Shown piece by piece: positions 28,810 to 38,650 of a stretch of DNA of 51,721 nucleotides. A program made the position numbers and the translations under genes. Each line of letters opens with the position of its first letter. The stretch's first letter is position 1. Location: the NCBI GenBank assembly GCA_016937995.1, contig JAFGVM010000063.1, positions 1 through 51,721 on the forward strand. Direction: 5' to 3'. The notes under the pieces are model-generated. The model was not told the DNA's origin. It saw only the letters and a program-made list of their open reading frames with translations, and did no database searches. This stretch comes from Candidatus Delongbacteria bacterium. GTDB taxonomy: Bacteria; UBA4055.

Positions 28810-29790
28810 TTAGTTGAGTGACCTGATAATTTCTTCTATAATTTTATCCGGAGTTATTCCTTCAGCTTCAGCTCTGAAATTAGGAATGATCCTGTGTCTG
28901 AGTACAGGTTTCGCAACTTTAAGAATATCAGATTTTTCTGGAGTTTTTCTTCCATTAAAAACAGCATTTATCTTAGCAGCGATCACAAGGAACTGCCCTG
29001 CTCTTGGTCCTGCACCCCAACTAACAGTTTCTTTAGTAAATTTAGGTGAATTTTCCTGATCTGGTCTTGTTCTTCGAACTATATCAACTGCGAACTCAAC
29101 AATTGTATCAGTAACCGGAATTCGTTTTACAAGATCCTGGATCTCAACAATGTCAGATTTACTTAATACTTTCTCAACATCAACTTCAACCCCTGAAGTA
29201 GTATCCTTAACGATATTCACTTCACTGATATGATCAGGATAATCAATAACAAGATTAAATAAAAATCTATCTAACTGAGCTTCCGGCAAAGGATAAGTTC
29301 CTTCCTGTTCAATTGGATTTCTTGTTGCCATAACAAAAAAAGGCTCATCTAACTTATACGTAACATTTCCCGCGCTTACTTCTTTTTCCTGCATTGACTG
29401 CAATAAAGCCGACTGAGTTTTTGGGGGTGTTCTATTTATTTCATCTGCAAGAATGATGTTACTGAATATAGGACCTTTTATAAAGCGGAATTCTTTTTCA
29501 CCTGTTGAGATGTTTTGCTCTAATATTTCAGTTCCTATAATGTCTGACGGCATCAGATCAGGTGTAAATTGTATCCTTTTAAAATCAAGGTCCAGTGTTT
29601 TAGCTATAGTTGTTATCATTAAGGTTTTTGCTAAACCTGGAACACCGGTAAGCATAACATGTCCACCTGCAAAAATCGCAATCAGAAGACCATCAATAAT
29701 GTCCTTCTGTCCAATGATTTTCTTCTCTATATTTTGAAGTATTTTGTTCCTTGAATCAATTAGGTTCTCTATTCTCTCAAGATCATTCAT
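28810..29790 (-). CDS. MoxR family AAA+ ATPase
   Basis: GVPGLAKT, RIQFTPDLMPSDI, LADEINRTPPKTQSALL, EGTYPLPEAQLDRF. Confidence 0.95.
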   Translation of the reverse strand: MNDLERIENLIDSRNKILQNIEKKIIGQKDIIDGLLIAIFAGGHVMLTGVPGLAKTLMITTIAKTLDLDFKRIQFTPDLMPSDIIGTEILEQNISTGEKEFRFIKGPIFSNIILADEINRTPPKTQSALLQSMQEKEVSAGNVTYKLDEPFFVMATRNPIEQEGTYPLPEAQLDRFLFNLVIDYPDHISEVNIVKDTTSGVEVDVEKVLSKSDIVEIQDLVKRIPVTDTIVEFAVDIVRRTRPDQENSPKFTKETVSWGAGPRAGQFLVIAAKINAVFNGRKTPEKSDILKVAKPVLRHRIIPNFRAEAEGITPDKIIEEIIRSLN

Positions 29791-29794
29791 AAAA

Positions 29795-30559
29795 TTATAA
29801 GTCCTTGAACATTTCGATTTCTTCTATTGTTTTACCAATGTTCTTCAATTCGAATTCTGCAGAAACCTTCAATGGACTATCAGGATATTGTTTTATAAAT
29901 TCCAAATACTCTCTTTTGGCATTTTCAAGATCTTCCAGATTATTATGGTAAGTAAAAGCTATCAAAAATTTAACATTAGATACTTTTTCATTATTTGGAA
30001 ACAGCTTTAAAAACAAGTTGTAGTCCTCAATTGCATGTGCATACATTCCGATATAAGCATATTCCTGAGCCTCAGTGAATAATTCTTCAGGTGTTCTTTC
30101 ATACTTTTTATCTTTGATATCATGATTCAGCTTGCTGACATAAATTTGCTCGTTATTCTTATATAATCGCTCTCTTTTTTTCATGCCGTTTTTATGATAT
30201 TCTATTCCCAGCCCTGTTCCGTTGGCATCAAGATTTCTTTCAAATTCAAGCTCACCTGTTTCATAGTATTCTTTTCCGTTCCCTGTCCTTATTCCATTAG
30301 ACATATTATATTCAGCTTTAATTTTGCCTGTACGGAAATATTCCTTTTGAATACCATCCTGCTTACCTGCAACATAGTTGTATTCACCCAACACTGTTGT
30401 ACTGTCATAATATGCTTTCACTGCACCATTGACCTTTTCTGCTGATATTTTATCCCCGTTATCAAAAAATACAAAATTATCCTTTCTTCCCTTTCTAACT
30501 ATCTCTGCATTAAGGATCATCACAGATACCAATACTAAAATAAGTAATCTTCCAAACAT
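29795..30559 (-). CDS. Exported protein with MORN-variant repeats and a C-terminal TPR (BamD/YbgF-like) region
   Basis: Signal peptide; repeated G..KEY(Y/F)..G.. units; TPR-like FLKLFPN...EFIKQYPDS. Confidence 0.7.
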   Translation of the reverse strand: MFGRLLILVLVSVMILNAEIVRKGRKDNFVFFDNGDKISAEKVNGAVKAYYDSTTVLGEYNYVAGKQDGIQKEYFRTGKIKAEYNMSNGIRTGNGKEYYETGELEFERNLDANGTGLGIEYHKNGMKKRERLYKNNEQIYVSKLNHDIKDKKYERTPEELFTEAQEYAYIGMYAHAIEDYNLFLKLFPNNEKVSNVKFLIAFTYHNNLEDLENAKREYLEFIKQYPDSPLKVSAEFELKNIGKTIEEIEMFKDL

Positions 30560-30607
30560 TTTAAAACCCCGCTCATTTTTAATTTTCAGCTTAATTAAAG
30601 ACTAATA

Positions 30608-30636
30608 AATATAATTACACAACCTATATTAGTCAA
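30608..30636 (-). promoter_or_regulatory. Possible sigma70 promoter
   Basis: Minus strand TTGACT-17 bp-TATATT, upstream of the ATG at 30559. Confidence 0.5.
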
Positions 30637-30714
30637 TGAATTTATTAAACTTAAAACAGGCTGAATTGTTCAGAGATGAATAATAATATTTAAATATGGT
30701 AACTTGTGAATAAT

Positions 30715-31986
30715 TTACTGTAGAACATTTACGACATAATTCCTTAGAAGCTTAAGTCGTCCTTTATCAGGATGCTCTTCCAAGATATTCTCATAATCGT
30801 TTTTCAACATTTCAAAAATGCGTTCAGCTATATCATATCTTTTTAGGATCACAGCTGTTCTCAGGTACAAGATCATAAGTTCATTGCTTTTATCTTCACT
30901 GTAAGAACCTAATACTTCCTCATAATATCCGTGATCAAAAAGAATATTCAATGTAACTTTTTTATCATTATCGTTTTTTGTAATATCCTGAATATCTCTG
31001 AAGTTAAGTTCTTCAAACCTGTAAACTATTTCCTTTCTTCTGTCTAGTGATAATTTCCATTTTTTAAGTTCCTCAAGAAGATATCCTTCATGGATTTGCT
31101 TTGCATAATTTATAACTTCTTCTGCGAGATAGCCTTTATCCAGCAACAAAAGACATTTGATCTCGTAGATAAGAGATGAATACTCGAATGGATAATATTG
31201 ATCTGAAAGTTCACTGTTAACCTGGGAAAAATACTCGTACGATCCTTTTATCTTACCGGTATGGTATAGGTCCACAGCGTATAAATACCTGATATATTTG
31301 CTTTTTGGATAAGATAATATAAGTTTGGAAGTATACCTGAGAGAAGATATATGATCTAATAGGATATTAGAATAAAATTTTGACAGGAAAAGACTGGATT
31401 CATCTTTGAAAAGATCTCCATGATCAGATATATAATCCAGCATTTTCAAGCTGTTCTTCACATCACCTTTATAGCCCAATATATTTTTTATCCAGAAACT
31501 GTCCTGAAAGAAAAGAACAGAAACTAGACTAGACAACATATAGGTAAATCCGGAATCTACTGTTCCATATTTTTCTTCTATATTTTTTGAAAGTCTGAAA
31601 TTACTTCTGAACCTTGAAAAATCTCCAATGGAAGTTTCAGAAGAATTGACATATAAAATCATGGAATTAAGTATTGAAACTAATATGTCTTTTTCATAGG
31701 TGTTCAGTCCTGTGATAAAATCATTCTCGATATCATCGATCGTTCTCTCTACATTTTCGTTGAAAATATCGGTATCTATCTCTTCTCCCATTCTAAATCT
31801 CTGAAGATCAAAATAAATATCTGATATTATATACCATTTATTCTCAATGGACACTGGTGTAACCAGTTCTTTTTCTTCATTTAAAATTTTATGATTATTT
31901 TTTAAAAAGAATTCTGTAAAACTGTCCGATTTGACATTATTGGATAGGAGCAGGGTCAGGAAAAATAGAATTTTGATCGAATTCAC
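30715..31986 (-). CDS. Exported helical (TPR-like) hypothetical protein
   Basis: GTG start, signal-peptide-like N-terminus, all-helical pattern; no catalytic motif recognised. Confidence 0.55.
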   Translation of the reverse strand: MNSIKILFFLTLLLSNNVKSDSFTEFFLKNNHKILNEEKELVTPVSIENKWYIISDIYFDLQRFRMGEEIDTDIFNENVERTIDDIENDFITGLNTYEKDILVSILNSMILYVNSSETSIGDFSRFRSNFRLSKNIEEKYGTVDSGFTYMLSSLVSVLFFQDSFWIKNILGYKGDVKNSLKMLDYISDHGDLFKDESSLFLSKFYSNILLDHISSLRYTSKLILSYPKSKYIRYLYAVDLYHTGKIKGSYEYFSQVNSELSDQYYPFEYSSLIYEIKCLLLLDKGYLAEEVINYAKQIHEGYLLEELKKWKLSLDRRKEIVYRFEELNFRDIQDITKNDNDKKVTLNILFDHGYYEEVLGSYSEDKSNELMILYLRTAVILKRYDIAERIFEMLKNDYENILEEHPDKGRLKLLRNYVVNVLQ

Positions 31987-32603
31987 TAATCTGGGTTCTT
32001 TGATAATTTATCTTTTCTCTTTTGAACTACTTTCGGATATAACTTTTCCATACAAGACGGACAAATACTGTGACTAAAACTTGCATCAGAGTGATCTTTT
32101 AGATAATCTTCGATCTGCTCCCAGTAGCCTTTATCATTCCTGATATTCTTGCATGAAGCACAAATATGCATTAACCCGCTTAATTGTTTTACTTCGTTCA
32201 ATGCTTTTGTAAGCTTCAAATTCATTTCTTTTTCCTTATCAAAATTTATTCTGAAGTTGGAGAATAGTATTCCAACTAATGAGAATGAAAGAAGCCTGAT
32301 AAAACTGTTCCAGTATCTGAAAAATTCTGAATAATATGACTGAGCCGCAATACTGTCTGCATAAAACCATATTAATGTAGCTAGTAATGAAAACAGGATC
32401 GCGTAATTTCTTCCCATATACCAGCCGGCAAAAAGTATCGGTAGATAATAGAAAACAAAAAATCCAAATTGAGGACCTGTGGCATAATCGAGGATACCGA
32501 TCAGAATTAAAGCTATTATTGCGGAAAAAATACTTTTATTTTTATCTTTTGATATCTCAAAATAATGGAACTTAATTTTACTGTAAAATTCTGTTGTGTT
32601 CAT
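31986..32603 (-). CDS. Membrane protein (DUF4118-like TM bundle) with coiled coil and C-terminal Cys4 domain
   Basis: 3-4 TMs (D..TG..FFVFYYLPI), then ICASCKNIR..YWEQIE.Y...FSHSICPSC. Confidence 0.7.
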   Translation of the reverse strand: MNTTEFYSKIKFHYFEISKDKNKSIFSAIIALILIGILDYATGPQFGFFVFYYLPILFAGWYMGRNYAILFSLLATLIWFYADSIAAQSYYSEFFRYWNSFIRLLSFSLVGILFSNFRINFDKEKEMNLKLTKALNEVKQLSGLMHICASCKNIRNDKGYWEQIEDYLKDHSDASFSHSICPSCMEKLYPKVVQKRKDKLSKNPD

Positions 32604-32635
32604 AACTGTCGTCCCTTTGATTGAGATAAGTTTAT

Positions 32636-34024
32636 TTAGTAAGAAACATCGATCAGCTCTATAGGGTAATTTCCATCAAAGCATGCAAAACAGAAATTAT
32701 CATCAGTATTATTTACACATTTAGAAAGATTATCCTGCTTCATATATTTTAGTGAATCCACCCTGAAAAAATCAACCATTTCCTCAACATTCATCTTGTT
32801 CGCAAGAAGCTCTTCTTTAGTATTTGTGTCAAGTCCATAAAAACAAGGATATTTTACTTGAGGAGAAGCTATTCTAAGATGTATCTCTTTCACACCGGCA
32901 TTCTTAAGCATTCCCACAATCTTCCTCATTGTAGTACCCCTTACTATAGAATCATCAACCAGAACAATCCTCTTATCTTTTAATCTTGATACAACAGGAT
33001 TGAACTTCTGCTTTACACTTTCATCTCTACCGTGCTGACTTGGTTTTATGAAAGTTCTACCAACATAGTGATTTCTTATCAAAGCCATCTCAAAGGGAAT
33101 ATTCTTAGACTGGGCATATCCTAATGCCTGAATATTTGATGAATCAGGAACTGCTACAACTACATCTATTTCCAGATCTTTATCTCTTTCAGCCAAAGAT
33201 CTACCCATAGCCTTTCTAGCTTCATAAACTGAAAGTCCGTATTGATTACTATCGGGCATTGAAAAATATACAGGTTCAAAAACACAATGAGCACAACCTT
33301 TTCTACCACCTCTTAATTCTACGACATCAAGCTGGAATCTTTCGATCTTATTATCTCCGAAAACATGAATTATCTCACCCGGTTTTACCTCTTCAATATC
33401 TGTTGCTCTTAAAATATCTAAACCTTTAGATTCTGAAGCGAATGCATATCCAGTTTCAGTTTTACCGAAGGAAAATGGTCTAACACCGTATGGGTCTCTG
33501 AAGACCCACATTTCATTTCTTCCAATAAGAACTGTTGAGAAAGCACCTTTGAATTTCTCCATCACCATTTTAATGCTGTCAACAACAGAATTTCCTTTAA
33601 CAATATGATTCCATACGATGAACCTTAGTATCAACTCCCCATCATTCCCACTGTTAAAATTAACGCTCTTAGCTTGTAATTCTTCAGTTAGAGTTTTATA
33701 ATTTGTTATATCACCGTTACTTGCCAATGCAAATATCGTACCTTCTAAAGTCTCAATAACGTGAGGTTGTGAGTTATTAACGTCACAAGTACCTCTGGTC
33801 GGGTATCTTACATGACCTACAGCTATCTTACCCGGGAAATCTTTTAATTTTTCCTCTGTAAAATTATCTTTTACTAATCCAAGCCCTCTGGTCAGCTTGA
33901 TCTGATTACCGTTACTAACAGCAAGTCCACAACTTTCCTGTCCCCTGTTCTGTATTGCAAATAATCCAAGCATTGTATCAAAAGCTGCTTCTTCCGAGTT
34001 AAAAACACCTACTACACCACACAT
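32636..34024 (-). CDS. purF: Amidophosphoribosyltransferase
   Basis: N-terminal MCG, QNRGQES, GHVRY, VDDSIVRGTT, Fe-S cysteines CVFE/PCFYG/CFACF. Confidence 0.95.
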   Translation of the reverse strand: MCGVVGVFNSEEAAFDTMLGLFAIQNRGQESCGLAVSNGNQIKLTRGLGLVKDNFTEEKLKDFPGKIAVGHVRYPTRGTCDVNNSQPHVIETLEGTIFALASNGDITNYKTLTEELQAKSVNFNSGNDGELILRFIVWNHIVKGNSVVDSIKMVMEKFKGAFSTVLIGRNEMWVFRDPYGVRPFSFGKTETGYAFASESKGLDILRATDIEEVKPGEIIHVFGDNKIERFQLDVVELRGGRKGCAHCVFEPVYFSMPDSNQYGLSVYEARKAMGRSLAERDKDLEIDVVVAVPDSSNIQALGYAQSKNIPFEMALIRNHYVGRTFIKPSQHGRDESVKQKFNPVVSRLKDKRIVLVDDSIVRGTTMRKIVGMLKNAGVKEIHLRIASPQVKYPCFYGLDTNTKEELLANKMNVEEMVDFFRVDSLKYMKQDNLSKCVNNTDDNFCFACFDGNYPIELIDVSY

Positions 34025-34106
34025 TTTTTATCCTTTTGGTTAAAGGTTATTTATTTCGTAAAGAAGATAAATTTTATAGAGAACAATATCAAGCAAAGAT
34101 ATATTT

Positions 34107-34709
34107 TTATTTTAATTCTTTTACTACGTAATTCAGTGACTTTTTAAGAGGCCCTTCACTTATTTTCTTAGGATATCCTACAGGTATAACTGCCATGAAC
34201 TCACCTTTTTCTTCTCCTAAAAATGACAATACCTTGTTTTTTACCAGGAACATGATCCCAAGCCATACACTTCCTAAACCTAACGAAGTGGCTGCTAAAA
34301 GCAGATTCTCAGTTGCTGCTGCTGAACTTTGGATCTCCATGGTTCTAAAAAAATCATTTGAAAGGTCTTTTTCTACTTTGAATAGGTCATTTCCGTGTTC
34401 TATCAGAGATCCGGTATTAACAACGGCTATAACGACCGGTGCACTTTCAATACTTCTGGCAGCCATCCTTAGTATTGATGAAGAAGGTTTAATGAAGTTT
34501 GATGAGCTGTCAGCCACGAGTTGGGCAAGGTCATGCTTTTTTTTCTCTTTTATGACAATGAATTTCCAGGATTGTTTGTTATGGGCAGATGGTGCCTGAT
34601 TCGCCGCATCAAGAATATTCTTGATCAATTCATCATTAACATTTTCATCTGTAAACTGCCTGACACTATGTCTTTGATAAATATTGTTAATAATTTCGTT
34701 TTGTTTCAT
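34107..34709 (-). CDS. Nitroreductase family protein
   Basis: RHSVRQF, APSAHNKQSWKF, LLAATSLGLGSVW, PVGYP. Confidence 0.92.
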   Translation of the reverse strand: MKQNEIINNIYQRHSVRQFTDENVNDELIKNILDAANQAPSAHNKQSWKFIVIKEKKKHDLAQLVADSSSNFIKPSSSILRMAARSIESAPVVIAVVNTGSLIEHGNDLFKVEKDLSNDFFRTMEIQSSAAATENLLLAATSLGLGSVWLGIMFLVKNKVLSFLGEEKGEFMAVIPVGYPKKISEGPLKKSLNYVVKELK

Positions 34710-34730
34710 TACTTTTCCACATTTTCCGAA

Positions 34731-35222
34731 TTATTGTGATAAACTGTCAATTATTTCTCTTGCCCATTTCTTAGCTTCAGAAGCATCTTTTTCTTTCTCA
34801 TGTTTCAAAGGATCTTTAAAACCTATTTTCCCAAGGATCGTATTTCCCTCTAATTTCTTTTCCATTTTTTCAAATATTTTCCCCGGTCCACCTCCATGAC
34901 AACAAAAAATACCTATCTGTTTATTTTTTAGTTCAATTTTTGAAAAAAAAGTCCTTAATGCAGGTGCGAACGTCCATGCCCAGACGGGTGTTCCTATTAT
35001 TATCGTGTCATAAGAAGATGGGTCTAAATCGAAGGGTTGTATTTCAGGCTCAGCTTTCATCATTGACTGCTTTCCGCCAGAAAATATTTTCATGAAATTA
35101 TTCCTTGTAATTTCTTTTACCGGTTTTAATTCTAGAATGTCAGCACTTATCTCTTGTGCAATATTTTCCGATATAAATTTGGTATTTCCGTCCAATGAGT
35201 AGTAAACAACTAATTTCCTCAT
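34731..35222 (-). CDS. Flavodoxin-like protein
   Basis: VYYSLDGNTK, IGTPVWAW, FCCHGG. Confidence 0.9.
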   Translation of the reverse strand: MRKLVVYYSLDGNTKFISENIAQEISADILELKPVKEITRNNFMKIFSGGKQSMMKAEPEIQPFDLDPSSYDTIIIGTPVWAWTFAPALRTFFSKIELKNKQIGIFCCHGGGPGKIFEKMEKKLEGNTILGKIGFKDPLKHEKEKDASEAKKWAREIIDSLSQ

Positions 35223-35239
35223 ACTATTCTCCCGATCTT

Positions 35240-35827
35240 TTATTTACCAATGTAAGTGATCTTGATCAATATTGAATCTGTGGATTTCAGGATCAATTTT
35301 TCAGTTCCACTATCAATCAAGTGGAATAAATTTTGTTTAGGCAGTGTCAACTCGTTATTTCCAATTAATATTATTGAGTCTTTCTCATGATTATAGACAA
35401 ATAATTCATCACTGTCTTTTTCAATTTCACTTTCTCCACTTAGAATTTCAACTGATGTTCTGCATTTCTCTCTGAGTGACATTACATTAAAATCTTTGAT
35501 CTCACCATTGATCAGTGTTGCATTTGTTCTGAGCTCTCCGGAAAAATTTGCCACATCAAGTATATCCCGAAGCTCTCTTCTGCTTCCGTCTGAGTGAACA
35601 AGATCAAGCCCGTTACCTTCAAGCATCAACAGATACCTTTCATAACCTGAGAATTCAGAGAAAGGACCATCAGTCTTAACACCTGCAATACTTATCCTCC
35701 AGATAAAGTTCCCGTAGCCCTGAATATATTTAATGATAAGTTCGTTTGTCGTTCCAAGACCATTCCTCCACGGAACGCTTTTGAAAAGATTAGGCGGTAT
35801 TATTTTATAGAATATACCTTTATTCAT
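35240..35827 (-). CDS. HutD/Ves family cupin-like protein
   Basis: PWRNGLGTT.E, WRISIA, PFS.F.GY.R, DFNVM. Confidence 0.88.
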   Translation of the reverse strand: MNKGIFYKIIPPNLFKSVPWRNGLGTTNELIIKYIQGYGNFIWRISIAGVKTDGPFSEFSGYERYLLMLEGNGLDLVHSDGSRRELRDILDVANFSGELRTNATLINGEIKDFNVMSLREKCRTSVEILSGESEIEKDSDELFVYNHEKDSIILIGNNELTLPKQNLFHLIDSGTEKLILKSTDSILIKITYIGK

Positions 35828-36153
35828 TTTTTCTTCTTTTTTTTAGGTTTCGGCTCAGGTAACTGGTTGTATGAAATTTTCAGAAGTCTAGACAACCACT
35901 CTCTGTCCTCAATTTGTTCCCCGATCAGAAAACTGTTTTTTGCACCAGGATACGGAGGAACTTCATCAGGTACCCCAATGAACTTTCTCCCGTTATCTGT
36001 GGGTTTTATGAACAAATTGTTGTCACAGATCAATCCTACGATCTTCTTGTTAATATAAATACCATATTCACCGAACATTTTTTTATAACTAATCTCATGC
36101 TCAGAATCTATCTGACCAATTACATAATCAACAAATTCCTGATCTGAAGCCAT
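35824..36153 (-). CDS. TfoX/Sxy N-terminal domain protein
   Basis: KKMFGEYGIY, LICDNNLFIKPT, PPYPGAK, basic tail. Confidence 0.88.
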   Translation of the reverse strand: MASDQEFVDYVIGQIDSEHEISYKKMFGEYGIYINKKIVGLICDNNLFIKPTDNGRKFIGVPDEVPPYPGAKNSFLIGEQIEDREWLSRLLKISYNQLPEPKPKKKKKK

Positions 36154-36266
36154 ACATTTTCCCTATTCCAAAATTATTAACAATCCAATGTATAGAATTT
36201 AGGTAGTATTTTGCAATATTAAAATACATTGAAAAAATCTATTTTTTTTCGTATTTTCCAAATCCA

Positions 36267-37172
36267 ATGGAAAAAGAAAGTTATAAAAAATATTTAGATC
36301 CTACATTCATCTCAAATTATTCGAACCTGAAGCTTACAACAGATATGGTTTTAGAAGGATTTATCCTTGGGATTCATTCAAGTCCTATGAAAGGTTTCAG
36401 TGCTGAATTTTCACAGCATAAGCAATACAATCCGGGTGATCCAACAAGATTCATTGACTGGAAAATATTTGGCAAAACGGAGAAGTATTACATAAAACAA
36501 TACGAAGATGAGACAAATCTTTATGCTAATATTTTTCTGGACAAGACTCTTTCAATGTCTTACAAAGCTGAAGGTTCTAAATATTCCAAATTAGATTATG
36601 GTAAACAACTTGCTGCAGCGATCTCAGGGATATTTATAAACCAGAAAGATTCTGTGGGATACGGAACTATTGCCAATAAACTGAAAATATACATACCGCC
36701 GAAATCTTCAAGACAACAGCTAAAAACTCTATTGGTTAATATCGATAAAAATGATACTTACGATTCTGACAGAACTGTAGATTCATATGAAGAAATAAGT
36801 TTGAAACTGATAAAATCAGGAATAACGGTAATTATTTCAGATTTTTTAGAGGAACCTGATAGAATTATTTCCAACATTCTTCTTCTGAAAAAAAGAAAAC
36901 AGGATATAATTATTTTTATGATAGCCGATGATTATGAGTACAATCTTGAATTTAAAAATAACTCAACCTTCATTGATTCGGAAACGGGAGAAAAATTAGT
37001 AGTTAAACCTTCCCAGTTGAAAATAAATTACAAAGGAATTTACGATGAACTTATCCATAAATATAAAAAGACCTTTTCCGAAAACAAAATTTACTTTAAA
37101 TTTGTTACAACTAAAACCCCATTTGATATTCCTTTGAGGGAGATAGTGTTAATAAGATCGAAAAGAATGTAA
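36267..37172 (+). CDS. DUF58 (vWA-like, MoxR partner) protein
   Basis: [32 protein letters not shown]. Confidence 0.9.
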   Translation: MEKESYKKYLDPTFISNYSNLKLTTDMVLEGFILGIHSSPMKGFSAEFSQHKQYNPGDPTRFIDWKIFGKTEKYYIKQYEDETNLYANIFLDKTLSMSYKAEGSKYSKLDYGKQLAAAISGIFINQKDSVGYGTIANKLKIYIPPKSSRQQLKTLLVNIDKNDTYDSDRTVDSYEEISLKLIKSGITVIISDFLEEPDRIISNILLLKKRKQDIIIFMIADDYEYNLEFKNNSTFIDSETGEKLVVKPSQLKINYKGIYDELIHKYKKTFSENKIYFKFVTTKTPFDIPLREIVLIRSKRM

Positions 37173-37192
37173 AATTAACTATTGGAGATATA

Positions 37193-38617
37193 ATGACAAA
37201 TTACATTAATGAGAACTTACCTTATAAAGTTAAAGATATATCTTTGGCGGATTTTGGAAGAAAGGAAATTAACATTGCAGAGCATGAAATGCCCGGACTT
37301 ATGTCTATCAGAAAGAAATTCTCTGCAACAAAACCATTAAGGGATGTAAGAATTACAGGATCGTTGCACATGACCATACAGACTGCTGTTCTTATTGAAA
37401 CACTAGTGGACCTTGGGGCAGAAGTAAGATGGGCAAGTTGTAATATATTTTCAACTCAGGACCATGCAGCTGCCGCAATTGCCGAAAGAAATATACCTGT
37501 ATTTGCATGGAAAGGTGAAACTTTGGAAGAATTCTGGTGGTGTACTGCCCAGTCTTTATCCTTTCCGGGTGGCAAAGGACCTCAGCTGATAGTTGATGAC
37601 GGTGGTGATGCAACATTGATGATCCATAAGGGTTATTATGCTGAGAAAGATCCTTCGAAGTTAGTTATTTCTGAAAATATGGCAATGGATGAGAAAGAAC
37701 TGTTAAAAGCTTTGAAGCTAATGTTAGATGAAACTCCTCAAAAATGGCATGAAGTTGTAAAAGATCTTAAAGGTGTTTCAGAAGAAACTACCACTGGTGT
37801 TCACAGATTGTATAAAATGCACGAGAATAAAGAATTACTTATACCTACGATCAATGTGAACGACTCTGTCACAAAATCTAAATTTGATAATCTTTATGGT
37901 TGTAGAGAATCTTTACCTGACGGTATTAAACGTGCTACTGATGTAATGCTTGCAGGTAAAGTGGCAGTTGTTTGCGGTTATGGTGATGTAGGAAAGGGTT
38001 CAGCCCGTTCTTTGAAAAATTATGGATCAAGGGTTATAGTTACCGAGATAGATCCTATATGTGCTTTACAGGCGGCAATGGAAGGTTACGAAGTGTCAAC
38101 AGTTGAGGATACATTGGGAGAAGGTGATATTTATGTCACAACTACCGGAAATAAAGATGTTATTACTCTTAACCATATGTTGAAGATGAAAGATCAGGCC
38201 ATAGTTTGCAATATAGGACATTTTGATAATGAGATACAGGTTGATCCACTTGAAAATTCCCCCGAATTATTAGAGAAGATAAATATAAAACCGCAAGTTG
38301 ATAAGTATAAGTTCAAGAATGGGAATGAAATATTTTTACTTGCTGAAGGAAGACTGGTAAATCTTGGTTGTGCGACCGGACATCCGTCTTTTGTCATGAG
38401 TAACTCATTTACAAATCAGGTTCTTGCTCAAATAGATCTTTGGGAAAATAATTATGAAGTAGGAGTATATAGATTATCTAAACAAGCAGATGAAGAAGTT
38501 GCTAGATTACATTTGGAAAAGATCGGTGTTAAGTTAACAAAATTATCTAAGGAACAGGCTGATTATATCGGGGTTGATCCTGAGGGTCCTTACAAACCTG
38601 ACCATTATAGATATTAA
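37193..38617 (+). CDS. ahcY: Adenosylhomocysteinase
   Basis: [55 protein letters not shown]-terminus. Confidence 0.98.
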   Translation: MTNYINENLPYKVKDISLADFGRKEINIAEHEMPGLMSIRKKFSATKPLRDVRITGSLHMTIQTAVLIETLVDLGAEVRWASCNIFSTQDHAAAAIAERNIPVFAWKGETLEEFWWCTAQSLSFPGGKGPQLIVDDGGDATLMIHKGYYAEKDPSKLVISENMAMDEKELLKALKLMLDETPQKWHEVVKDLKGVSEETTTGVHRLYKMHENKELLIPTINVNDSVTKSKFDNLYGCRESLPDGIKRATDVMLAGKVAVVCGYGDVGKGSARSLKNYGSRVIVTEIDPICALQAAMEGYEVSTVEDTLGEGDIYVTTTGNKDVITLNHMLKMKDQAIVCNIGHFDNEIQVDPLENSPELLEKINIKPQVDKYKFKNGNEIFLLAEGRLVNLGCATGHPSFVMSNSFTNQVLAQIDLWENNYEVGVYRLSKQADEEVARLHLEKIGVKLTKLSKEQADYIGVDPEGPYKPDHYRY

Positions 38618-38624
38618 ATGATCC

Positions 38625-38650
38625 AAAAAGTGCAGATAACTGCACTTTTT
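38625..38650. terminator. Bidirectional intrinsic terminator
   Basis: AAAAAGTGCAG-ataa-CTGCACTTTTT between convergent ahcY and the kinase gene. Confidence 0.85.

Noticed and set aside
29795-30559. YwqK-type antitoxin of a toxin-antitoxin pair
   Set aside because: MORN-variant repeats are generic; the protein has a signal peptide and TPR region, and no toxin gene is adjacent.
37173-37192. SAH/SAM riboswitch upstream of ahcY
   Set aside because: Only 20 bp separate DUF58 and ahcY; there is no room for an aptamer.
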